The notes below the pieces were generated by a model. It did no database searches. It was not told the DNA's origin and saw only the letters and a program-made list of their open reading frames with translations. 64,000 bases of DNA. It comes from Rubripirellula sp. (GTDB lineage: Bacteria; Planctomycetota; Planctomycetia; Pirellulales; Pirellulaceae). The stretch is from contig OZ244207.1 of the NCBI GenBank assembly GCA_965216875.1, forward strand, positions 2,432,001-2,496,000. The letters run 5' to 3'. How positions within the stretch are numbered: position 1 is the first letter of the stretch; each line of letters begins with the position of its first letter. The position numbers were made by a program, and so were the translations under genes. Positions 9,247 through 18,353 of the stretch are shown here, piece by piece.

Positions 9247-11103
9247 ATGACCGCTCCCCTTTCCACCGAAGATTGTCTTCAAGCTGTTCAAAACGCACAC
9301 GCCGAGGGTTCGCTCAGTGAGACTGCCGTCACGAATTTGAAGGCCTGGCTTACCGAACCTCGATACGCCCAATATCGCGACGAAGTGGCCGAGCATATCC
9401 AACAAGGCCAGTGGCAAAAACTGGATGATGTCTTTTGGACCATCATCCCCTTCGGCACCGGTGGTCGCCGCGGACGGATGTACCCGATCGGATCCAACGC
9501 CATCAACGACCGCACGATCGGCGAAAGTGCTCAGGGACTCGCCGACTATGTCGTCGAATTCCACGGTGGTCAAAAAGAACTCTCCTGTGCGATCGCCTAC
9601 GACACTCGGCACAAGTCGCGTCACTTTACCGAGCTGTGCGCCGGCATCATGGCCGCCGCTGGAATCAAGGTCTTCCTGCTCGATGATTACCGAGCAACCC
9701 CGCAGCTTTCCTATGCCGTGCGAAAACTAGGATGCGACTGTGGGATCATGGTGACGGCCAGTCACAACCCACCGAGCGATAACGCCGTCAAGGTCTATTG
9801 GTCGAGCGGCGCGCAGGTCCTGCCGCCCCATGACAAAGCGATCATCGACCGCGTCATGACCTGCCAAGAAATCCGCTCCCTCCCCTTTGACCAAGCCGTA
9901 GCCGAAGGCAAAGTCGAAGTGGTTACCGAGCAAATCGACGCCGCCTACCTCGACGAATCGGCGGCCTGTGGTTTCGAAGGCCCGCGTGACGTGAAAGTGC
10001 TTTACACGCCGCTTCATGGTGTGGGCGCCGAAGCGGTCCTGCCGCTGCTTGCCCGCGACGGTTTTCAGGACGTTCATCTCTACGGTCCAAACGCCGAAAA
10101 GAGTGGCGACTTTCCAAACGTTCCAGGTCACGTGTCGAACCCTGAAAACAGCGCCGTCTTTGACAAGCCGATCGAAAACGCCAAAGAGATCGGTGCCGAT
10201 CTAGTCCTTGCGACCGACCCCGATTGCGACCGAATCGGTTGTGCAGCACCGAACACGCTCGAACCGGACTCCGAGTGGGGAACGCTGACCGGAAATCAAA
10301 TCGGCGCCGTCCTGGCCGACTACGTTTTGACTCGCCATGCCGCTGCCGGCTCACTCTCGCCCGAACAGTTCATCGTCAAGACCCTCGTCACCACCGAATT
10401 GACCCGGCGCATTGCCGAAGATCACGGCGTCCGCTGCGTCGGCGACTTGTTGGTTGGCTTCAAATACATCGCGGAAGTGATCGATCGCGAAGGCCCCGAT
10501 AAGTTCCTTTACGGTACCGAAGAATCACACGGCTACCTTGTCGGACAATACTGCCGCGACAAGGACGGTGCGGTCGCTTGCATGTTGATGAGCGAGTTGG
10601 TTGCCGAATTGAAATCACAAGGACGATCGTTGCATGAGTATCTGGCGGACCTGCAGAAGAAGCATGGCTACCACAAAGAAGCACTGATCAACCTGTTCAT
10701 GGAAGGCAGCGAAGGCATGGCCGCAATGCAACGGCTGATGACCGCGCTGCGCACGACGCCCCCAGAATCGCTCGCCGGAATCAAGGTCGCCAAAATCAGC
10801 GACTACGAAGCACAGACGCTCAAGGATGTCGCGACTGCCGAAACCAGCGGACTTGGATCTCGCGCACCCGATGGTCCTACCGACAACATTCCCGTCGGCA
10901 ACCTGATCATCTTGGACCTCGACGCCGAAGGCAATTATGTCGCCGCCCGGCCCAGTGGAACGGAGCCCAAGATCAAACTCTACGTCTTCACTCGAGCAAG
11001 CAAGGACGAGTCGCAAGACCCTGCCGCTGCCGAAGCCCTGCTCACCGAGCGAATCGAGCAGCTCGAAAAAGACGTTCGCGAATTTGCCAAAGCCAACTCC
11101 TAG
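9247..11103 (+). CDS. Phospho-sugar mutase (phosphomannomutase/phosphoglucomutase)
   Basis: FGTGGRRG, TASHNPP, DPDCDR, GTEESHG, RDKDG, RPSGTEPKIK. Confidence 0.92.
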   Translation: MTAPLSTEDCLQAVQNAHAEGSLSETAVTNLKAWLTEPRYAQYRDEVAEHIQQGQWQKLDDVFWTIIPFGTGGRRGRMYPIGSNAINDRTIGESAQGLADYVVEFHGGQKELSCAIAYDTRHKSRHFTELCAGIMAAAGIKVFLLDDYRATPQLSYAVRKLGCDCGIMVTASHNPPSDNAVKVYWSSGAQVLPPHDKAIIDRVMTCQEIRSLPFDQAVAEGKVEVVTEQIDAAYLDESAACGFEGPRDVKVLYTPLHGVGAEAVLPLLARDGFQDVHLYGPNAEKSGDFPNVPGHVSNPENSAVFDKPIENAKEIGADLVLATDPDCDRIGCAAPNTLEPDSEWGTLTGNQIGAVLADYVLTRHAAAGSLSPEQFIVKTLVTTELTRRIAEDHGVRCVGDLLVGFKYIAEVIDREGPDKFLYGTEESHGYLVGQYCRDKDGAVACMLMSELVAELKSQGRSLHEYLADLQKKHGYHKEALINLFMEGSEGMAAMQRLMTALRTTPPESLAGIKVAKISDYEAQTLKDVATAETSGLGSRAPDGPTDNIPVGNLIILDLDAEGNYVAARPSGTEPKIKLYVFTRASKDESQDPAAAEALLTERIEQLEKDVREFAKANS

Positions 11104-11166
11104 CAGCCACCAAAACGTCGGCCGGATCAAGCAGCGACAGCGACACCGATCCGGCATGACGACAAG

Positions 11167-11330
11167 TTTGTAGTTCCTAGCTCTAGCCGGAATCTTCCGC
11201 CGGCTTTCGCCTAAGGGCGCGACGACAAACGGGCTGAAAGACAACGATCATCTATTGACCGTCCGTTTGTAGTACCGAGCTTTAGCCGGAATCTTCAACC
11301 ACTTCCGCCTGAAGGCGGGACGACAAACGG
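11167..11330. repeat. Two tandem family-B REP pairs (TTTGTAG..AGCCGGAATC....GACGACAAAC)
   Basis: Units start at GTAG 11170 and GTAG 11269 and match 7445/7491. Outer inverted repeat CCGTTTGT..ACAAACGG. Confidence 0.8.
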
Positions 11331-11351
11331 AGCGTAAGACGTCGAATCGTT

Positions 11352-12185
11352 CTAGCGTTGACGCTGCTCAACCGCCCGGCCAAGCTCGCGAATCTGCTTT
11401 CGCATCGCCTCCATCTCCTTCATCATGTTTCGCATCATTGCGTGAACATCCTCGTCGCGATGTCTTGGCTCACGGTCACGGCGCTGCAACTGATGTTCGA
11501 GATCTTCCGTCCGTTCAGCAACCGCTCGAGCGAGCTCGGGTGCTCCGGCAGCCCGCAGGTGCTCCATTGCCGCGTGCAGATGCTCGATCTGTTGGTGAAT
11601 CCGAGCCTCACGATGCTCGGGGCCATGATGTTCGTGATCATGATCTCCGTGCGCATGATGTTCGTGATCGTGTCCTTCATGTCCGCCATGTTCATGATGA
11701 GCGTGATCGTCGTGACGGTGCTCGGCATGCCTTTTTTCGCGTTCGCGATACATCGCGGCAAGCTTCTCTCGAGTAACGGCGATCTTCTGTTGCACCGCCT
11801 CCAGGTCACGCCGCATCTTCGCTTCGACCTCGCGACTGAGTTCACCGCTTGCCAAGTCGCGTTGCAGCTTTTCCTTGGCCTCCATCAGCTTGGGCATGTA
11901 GGCAGCCGCTTCGCGTTGAAAACTTTCGGCTTCCGCATACGCCTGCTTGGCCCGTTTCTCAGCTTCGGCGCGAAGTTTCTTGGCCTGCTTTTGACCTTCC
12001 ACTAGAAGCCGCTCTTTCATTTCAGCAGCCTTCTTTTCGGCTGCCTCGGCGGCGGCGATCGCCTTCTCTTTGACCGCTGACTCGTAAGCCTCAAGTTCTT
12101 CGTACCGCTTGGTTTTGGCATCCTGAGCGACCGCGGAAAGCGACGCGAATGCAACGACCAACAATGCAACCGAATGACGCAACAT
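11352..12185 (-). CDS. Secreted coiled-coil protein with His-rich tract
   Basis: MLRHSVALLVVAFASLSAVA signal peptide, long E/K/A heptads and HAEHRHDDHAHHEHGGHEGHDHEHHAHGDHDHEHH. The upstream ORF extension crosses repeats and is likely spurious. Confidence 0.8.
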   Translation of the reverse strand: MLRHSVALLVVAFASLSAVAQDAKTKRYEELEAYESAVKEKAIAAAEAAEKKAAEMKERLLVEGQKQAKKLRAEAEKRAKQAYAEAESFQREAAAYMPKLMEAKEKLQRDLASGELSREVEAKMRRDLEAVQQKIAVTREKLAAMYREREKRHAEHRHDDHAHHEHGGHEGHDHEHHAHGDHDHEHHGPEHREARIHQQIEHLHAAMEHLRAAGAPELARAVAERTEDLEHQLQRRDREPRHRDEDVHAMMRNMMKEMEAMRKQIRELGRAVEQRQR

Positions 12186-12265
12186 TTTGAATATTCCTAA
12201 TTGGCAAGAATCGTCCGGGCCCGGTTCGTAACGAATCATTGTACCGCAGCCCCCGCCCGACAGCG

Positions 12266-12546
12266 CCAAGTAGCCAAGTAGCCAAGTAGCCAAGTAGCCA
12301 AGTAGGGTGTGTGCTTGCACGCACCATAAAAACCAAGATGAGCGGCACGCCGGATCTTCGCCAAAACGGGTGAGGGCCGCGGAGCGGCGAGGAGTGTGTT
12401 CCCACGGGGACCGTGGGAACAAGGTTATTTTCGATACCCGGCTCAGCACTCGATCGGAATCGTTCCACCGATGACGAGTACGAGTACCGCGGAGCTGAAC
12501 ACGAGAAGACCAAAGTGGGTTTTGTGCGTGCAAGCACACACCCTAC
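12266..12546. repeat. (CCAAGTAG)x5 microsatellite plus inverted pair of family-A REPs (12302-12325, 12523-12546) enclosing a family-F-like hairpin
   Basis: GTAGGGTGTGTGCTTGCACGCACC and its reverse complement. Internal TGTTCCCACGGGGACCGTGGGAACA and ACGAGTACGAGTACCG. Confidence 0.88.
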
Positions 12547-12559
12547 AAAGACTTAACGT

Positions 12560-15500
12560 TCACTTGAGCCAATTCGGGTTTGCGAGCGCATACTGCTCAA
12601 GTTGCCGGATCTGGTTCTCGAGCATTCCGGCTCGCTGAAAGCAATGTGACGGGAACTTTCGTCCAGGATTGAACACGCGGCGCGGTTGACGCTGGCCACC
12701 GTGCTTGGTGTGAAGATAGGCGAGCTCCGAAACCAACAGCGATGCAATGTCGTAGACATCGCTTGGAGTCGCTTCGGCAATCGCTTCATCGGCAACTTCC
12801 AATTCCAACATCTTGATCCCGGACACGTCGGCAATCTTTCGCACGCGAGCAAAACAGGCAATCAAGCGTCGGTAGACATCTGCGGGAGTCTTCGCCCGCT
12901 CAAAGGCCGGTTCGGCTGGCAACGCGACGGCGCCGGGAACATCGGCAAGCAAATTGGAACAATAACTGACAGCAAGGGTGGTCTGTTGAAAAACGTCGGA
13001 AGGCGTGAATTGGCGTTCCACCAACAGATTCGCCTGCCGATTCGCGACGGTGATTGCGACAAAAACATCGTTTGGCTTTTTGGCCCGATCGACCGGCGGT
13101 AATGCAACCTTTGTCTCGATTCCCAGCGTCGACTTAATCGTCTCGAGCCGCGACTGAATCACCTTCACCAATTCAAGCACATTCGCAGGCTGGATTGACC
13201 CTTGAGGCCGCGTCGGTCTGGCTGCGCGCGTGCGAGTGATTTCGAACCCAAGTTCATCAACCTTCTCAAAAAGGGTCAACGCCTGAAAATAGACTTCGTG
13301 CGGCTCTGCATTCTTGACCGGAACATTGACGACTTCACTTCGGGGCTTGCCCATCTCGCGCCGAATCAAATCAAGATCGCCAAGTACGACTTGCGCGTTT
13401 GCAAAGACATCGCCTGGCACAACGTTGTTGTCGGCTCGCGATTCGTCGGCTTGGGCCGATAGAGAGCAACACAGCACCAATGCCGAAGCCAAAAGCGACT
13501 TCTTCACGCTCGCTCGCCGCATCAATGACAACACACCTGCGAGCGCGACGCCGATCGCGATGTTCGCTCCGACCGTCATTGCCAAAAGACTCACACGATT
13601 GATCTGCATCGAGTTTTCTTCCGTTGCTTTTTGGATTTCGTCCACCACATCACTTAGCAGTTTTTCGGTCTTCTGTGAGGTAGGTAAAGCCTGGGTCTGC
13701 AATCGCCAAAGCGCAACGTTTGCCTGCGGGGAAGCGCGGAGCCGCAAGGCTTGTTGGGCAAGTCGACGATAGACTTCAATCTCGCCCTTGATCCACTCGA
13801 GTCGTTTCAACTCGCGCTGCGGTAATTCTGGATCACGCGTCACCAGTTCATCGACGGTCAATTGCAACTGTTTCAATCGATCCGAAAAACCTTCGGCACT
13901 GGTTGAATGCGTGTCGTTCACGGCATCAATTAGCAAGCGATGCGTCTGCGAAAAATCAAGCTGCATGCGTGCGTAAGTCGCCCAAACGGTGTTCGTTTCG
14001 GCCGATGCAACCTTCACACTCTCGATATCGTCGTCGGAGTGAGTTGCCTGTTCGAGATCGATCAAACTGGCAAACGCCGAAACGATTGACGATTCCACGG
14101 GTTCGATATCTCGTTGCAACAAATCGAGCGCGGGCTGATTACCCGGTGTTTGCGCGACCTCTTCGATCCACCATTGTTCTTCGTAGAGTTGATCAAGCAT
14201 CGAATTGAGTTGTTCCAAGCGTTGGCCGCTTTCAGGATTGTTGGCGTCGGTGGCGATTTTGGTCAGGATCGCGACCTGAGGCCGAATCTCTTCTGCCCAT
14301 GCGTTGGAACGAGCCGCTTTGAATTGTTCGTCACCCAAGGCCACCCACCCTCGCAAAGCTCCCAAGGAACGACGAATCCCACTTTGAAGGGACAGCGACG
14401 CAGCCATCGCCGGCTCATTGACGTTGGCCAATTGCAAAGCACTCGAGCGGAGTTGGCTGGCAACAAACATTCCCATCACCAACAAAACAGCAACCGCAGC
14501 AAGCAGCGAGCGCAATGCAACTTGCTGACGCTTGAGTTTCTGTGCGTCGAGGAATTGCTCTGCCTTGGCGACACGTACCGCACTGAAAAGCTCGCCGTGG
14601 TGAGCGATGTCTTCGTCCAGCAACGATTCGGCCAAGTCATAGTCGCCGCGATGATAGGCGGCTTGGGCATAAGCAAGTTGCGCGTCGGCAAGCTGGGCGT
14701 CAATCCGCGTGTTGGCTGGATTTAGATTCTGGGCTTGTTCGAACCCAAAGATCGCTCGGACAAAGTCCTGGTAGTTGCCGGTAACGGTCGCCGCCTCGAG
14801 CATTTCGGACGCACTCGCTGCGATCGCCTCACTTTCGCGGTGCGAGATCCATTCCCGGATCGCCTCCTGGAATTCCTCGACGGTTTGGTACCGATCTTCG
14901 GGGCTCGTCGCCATTGCTTTGATCGCGACGTCGACCAATCCACCGGTCTGGTCAGTCGGCACGATCTCATTTCGTGCTGCGGCTAACAGACACTTCATCA
15001 CCGTCTTGCCGCGATGAGGTGGGAAGCCGGCAACGATCTGATAGAGCGTCGCCCCAAGCAAATAGATGTCGCTCAGCGGTCCGATTCGATCTTTCCCGTA
15101 CGCCATCTCGGGAGCCATATAGGCCGGCGTCCCGCCCATCTGTTGCTTGGTTGTCAGCGCCGTCTTCCCATACTCGGGTGTCGGCTGGGCGAGTCCCCAG
15201 TCCATCAACCAAACTTCGCCGAACCGACCAAGCATCACATTCTCTGGCTTGATGTCTCGATGCACGATGCCGCGGGAATGGGCAAAGGCAACCGCGTCGG
15301 CGACGCGCATCAAGAGTTCGACGTTCTCTTCATCGGGCTTTTTGCCAATCACGTCTCTCCACGTTTGACCAGCAACCTTCTTCATCGAATAGAAAAGCGT
15401 TCCCTCTTCGTTGTGCCCCAGTTCGTGCACGGGAACGATCCCCGGATGGTCCAAATCCGCTGTGACGACCGCTTCTTGCAGAAACAACCTGCGTCTGGAA

Positions 15501-16081
15501 AGGTTTTCTTCATCACCTTGCTTGAGCATCTTCACCGCAACGACGCGATCGATCGACGATTGCTTCGCACTGTAGACGACCCCCATTCCACCTTTCCCAA
15601 TCACCTGCAAAAGGTGATAGTCCTCGGCGTCGGCATCATCCCCCGCGTCTTCGTCGATCTCGTGCCGCGTCGTCCGCTTGTTGATCGGCAACCGAACCGA
15701 CTGCTGAGCCTCGACGTCGACTTCGCCCTTGATCGTATGCGAGGCGTAGTTATCGCTGCTGGCAGCGCGAGACCACGTCGCGGTCACGTGACGCATTGTC
15801 TCGCCAGCCTTTTTACCGCTAGGCTCAACGGGAGCGCTGTCCAAAACAAAGGTCTCAGCACTTTCGATCTCTGGGCTTTCGATCCCAGCACTGTCGCCTC
15901 GGCTCATCGCGCGCACCCGATCCTCTAGCTCCGATCCGGGATGCTGAATCTCCTCGAGAACCTGCGAGCAGATCTCGCACGTCTCCAAATGCTTCTCAAT
16001 CGAATCAGCCACCGAGTCGGGCAATGAGAACGAGAGCCACTTTTGCAGCGTGTCGCGATCCGGGTGATCAGAATCGGTCAT
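12560..16081 (-). CDS. Membrane Ser/Thr protein kinase (Hanks type) with N-terminal anti-sigma-type Zn finger, periplasmic helical sensor and C-terminal repeat domain
   Basis: HLETCEIC; IGKGGMGVVY, VAVK, HRDIKPEN, DWGLA, GTPAYMAPE, SDIYLLG; three hydrophobic segments; eight P-x-D/E-V-F/Y repeats. Confidence 0.92.
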   Translation of the reverse strand: MTDSDHPDRDTLQKWLSFSLPDSVADSIEKHLETCEICSQVLEEIQHPGSELEDRVRAMSRGDSAGIESPEIESAETFVLDSAPVEPSGKKAGETMRHVTATWSRAASSDNYASHTIKGEVDVEAQQSVRLPINKRTTRHEIDEDAGDDADAEDYHLLQVIGKGGMGVVYSAKQSSIDRVVAVKMLKQGDEENLSRRRLFLQEAVVTADLDHPGIVPVHELGHNEEGTLFYSMKKVAGQTWRDVIGKKPDEENVELLMRVADAVAFAHSRGIVHRDIKPENVMLGRFGEVWLMDWGLAQPTPEYGKTALTTKQQMGGTPAYMAPEMAYGKDRIGPLSDIYLLGATLYQIVAGFPPHRGKTVMKCLLAAARNEIVPTDQTGGLVDVAIKAMATSPEDRYQTVEEFQEAIREWISHRESEAIAASASEMLEAATVTGNYQDFVRAIFGFEQAQNLNPANTRIDAQLADAQLAYAQAAYHRGDYDLAESLLDEDIAHHGELFSAVRVAKAEQFLDAQKLKRQQVALRSLLAAVAVLLVMGMFVASQLRSSALQLANVNEPAMAASLSLQSGIRRSLGALRGWVALGDEQFKAARSNAWAEEIRPQVAILTKIATDANNPESGQRLEQLNSMLDQLYEEQWWIEEVAQTPGNQPALDLLQRDIEPVESSIVSAFASLIDLEQATHSDDDIESVKVASAETNTVWATYARMQLDFSQTHRLLIDAVNDTHSTSAEGFSDRLKQLQLTVDELVTRDPELPQRELKRLEWIKGEIEVYRRLAQQALRLRASPQANVALWRLQTQALPTSQKTEKLLSDVVDEIQKATEENSMQINRVSLLAMTVGANIAIGVALAGVLSLMRRASVKKSLLASALVLCCSLSAQADESRADNNVVPGDVFANAQVVLGDLDLIRREMGKPRSEVVNVPVKNAEPHEVYFQALTLFEKVDELGFEITRTRAARPTRPQGSIQPANVLELVKVIQSRLETIKSTLGIETKVALPPVDRAKKPNDVFVAITVANRQANLLVERQFTPSDVFQQTTLAVSYCSNLLADVPGAVALPAEPAFERAKTPADVYRRLIACFARVRKIADVSGIKMLELEVADEAIAEATPSDVYDIASLLVSELAYLHTKHGGQRQPRRVFNPGRKFPSHCFQRAGMLENQIRQLEQYALANPNWLK

Positions 16082-16246
16082 TCAGGCGTCGGTGAGGTGT
16101 TTTGGCAGGTCTTTGTTTGGCCGCGTTTGGGGCGAACCGAACGACAGTGATCATCATGGTGGAATGATCGCCATCGGTCTACGGTGGTCCGCCGATTCCC
16201 CCGCCTCACGCTGGTCTCGGACACAGCCGATTGATCCGATTGCGGC

Positions 16247-18229
16247 TTACTTCTCAACCCGATTCAAATACCCCGTGGTTGTGAATCGAATGAACCACGC
16301 CGCGTCCCCCTCTGTCTCGGCGAACCGATCCATTAGAGCCTGCATTTGCGGGTGCAACGATCGCGCATCCTCACCGAGCATCTCCACCGCCCGAGCCGCC
16401 CGCAAAACGACGTCAAGACGATCGCCCTCCAGCATCGACGCAAGGACCGCTAGCGCTGGGTCGAGCTCGCCGTGCCTTGCGAGCGCCGTCGCGGCCTCAA
16501 TTCGGACCATTTCGTCCACGTCGTGCAGGGCCTCGGTAAGGCGACGACTGCTTTTCGGGTCGAGCGATGGGCAGGCGCTCAAAGCAACCATCGCCCAATA
16601 GCGAACCGCAGCATCGTGGCTTGTCGTCCAGCGCCGGATTTCGGATTCCTTGCCAGATCCGATAAGTTTGACTACCTCCAAGATTGTCTCGAGGTCGTAG
16701 GCTTCACTCATTCGCCAAAGCATCGGTGGCTGGTCTTCCGCAATCTTCGTTTGTTGCGTCTCGGGCAAAAAACCAAGATCCTTCGTCTCCAACAACTCCC
16801 GTTCAAGCCGCTCGCTTAACCGTTTGACAACATGCTGGAACTGCGGGCGACTTGCCAAGTTCTCCAGATTCATCGGATCGTTGATGTAATCGTAGAGCTC
16901 GACAGTTTCTCGTTGTGGCCGGACGAAGTGCCAAAGAGAAGGTGTCATCGCACCATCATCCTGTGCCGTGATGCCGTAGAAGACGTGACTCATTTCGCTC
17001 TGATCGACCCAAGCACTTGGTTGGTTGTAACTCAGGTGCGGCATGTAATTCCGGATCAACAGGTAGCGTTTGTCTCGAATGCTCCGCGCCATGTCGACCA
17101 CCTCATCGATTCGATCACGATGACCAAACACATACTCACGTGGCGCAGCTTGGTGCTCACCCAAGAACGGCTGACCGGTCATGTAGTCGTCAAGCTGCTC
17201 GATCCCGGCGAGTCGTTGCACGGTTGGCCCAAAGTCTTCGAAGCTGACCAAGCGATCGCAAGTCTCGCCAGGCGACTTGGGTGCGAGGTGCGCAAACTTT
17301 CTTGGGAAGCGAATCATCAACGGCACGCGCATCCCCGAATCGAGCAACAAACGCTTGTGCCGTGGCATACCCGAACCATGGTCCGAATAGAAGAAGACAA
17401 TCGTGTTCTCGTCCAGGCCGTCTTTGCGGAGATCATCAAGGATCTTCCCAACCTGTGTATCCATGTAGGAAACACAGTCGTAGTAGCGCGCGACCGTTTT
17501 GCGAATCAGCGGCGTGTCGGGATAGTAGGGTGGCAACGGGACCGCTTTCGGGTCGTGCAGGTTACCCGTGGGCATCTGCGACTGGATCTCTTTGACAAAC
17601 TCGTCGTAACTCCACACCATCGTGCGTGACTGGTGCGTGGTCATGAGATTGAAGACGGCGAAAAAGGGCTGGTCGCCATTCCGATTTCGCCAGGTCGCCT
17701 GCGAACTATTTTCGTCCCAGCAGACACGAATGATCTCTTCCGCGCTCGAGGTGTTGTAGTCGGTTTTGACGTTGTTGGTTGTGTAGTAGCCAAGGTCGCG
17801 CAACCGGGCCGGAAACCCCATAACCGAGTCGGGCAACGGAAACTCGCTGCGCATGTTGTGCGTGCCCAAAACAGGAGCTTGTGTCCCGGTGATCAAACAG
17901 CTGCGCGATGGCGAGCACACGGGTGAACTCGCAAACGCGTGAGAGAATTTCACCGAGGTTTTCGCAAACGCATCGAGGTTGGGAGTGTCCGCGAAGGTAT
18001 CGCCGTAACAACCCAGCGTTGGGCTCATGTCCTCGACGGTGATCCACAGGATGTTGGGGCGACCTTCGGCTCCGCTAACGGTTGTTGCTGCCCCAACCAT
18101 GCAAATCAGCGCGACGACCTGGCACGCGAAAAGAACGACCTGTGATCGTATTCTCGCCGCAACTTGCGGCCGAACGCTTCCTGGAGATTCAATGCCGGTG
18201 CGGTTTCGTGTATTGTATTGAGACTTCAT
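16247..18229 (-). CDS. Formylglycine-dependent sulfatase with C-terminal HEAT-like repeats
   Basis: PNILWITVED, CSPSRSCLITG, SDHG, ELYD..DP....NL; VRYWA and VRIEAA HEAT-like repeats. Start uncertain. Confidence 0.9.
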   Translation of the reverse strand: MKSQYNTRNRTGIESPGSVRPQVAARIRSQVVLFACQVVALICMVGAATTVSGAEGRPNILWITVEDMSPTLGCYGDTFADTPNLDAFAKTSVKFSHAFASSPVCSPSRSCLITGTQAPVLGTHNMRSEFPLPDSVMGFPARLRDLGYYTTNNVKTDYNTSSAEEIIRVCWDENSSQATWRNRNGDQPFFAVFNLMTTHQSRTMVWSYDEFVKEIQSQMPTGNLHDPKAVPLPPYYPDTPLIRKTVARYYDCVSYMDTQVGKILDDLRKDGLDENTIVFFYSDHGSGMPRHKRLLLDSGMRVPLMIRFPRKFAHLAPKSPGETCDRLVSFEDFGPTVQRLAGIEQLDDYMTGQPFLGEHQAAPREYVFGHRDRIDEVVDMARSIRDKRYLLIRNYMPHLSYNQPSAWVDQSEMSHVFYGITAQDDGAMTPSLWHFVRPQRETVELYDYINDPMNLENLASRPQFQHVVKRLSERLERELLETKDLGFLPETQQTKIAEDQPPMLWRMSEAYDLETILEVVKLIGSGKESEIRRWTTSHDAAVRYWAMVALSACPSLDPKSSRRLTEALHDVDEMVRIEAATALARHGELDPALAVLASMLEGDRLDVVLRAARAVEMLGEDARSLHPQMQALMDRFAETEGDAAWFIRFTTTGYLNRVEK

Positions 18230-18353
18230 CGTCTGCGTCTGCTTGGAGTTTTCCGGAACCTTCGACGGACAGTCGGACCTTGTCCTTTTGCTCAATGGTC
18301 GTGGTCGCCAACAATCGAAACTGGCGACCCACTTATGCCGGATTGGAACAACG

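Noticed and set aside
12186..12539. N-terminal extension of the 395-aa ORF
   Set aside because: Runs through REPs and the octamer repeat; the signal peptide begins at 12185
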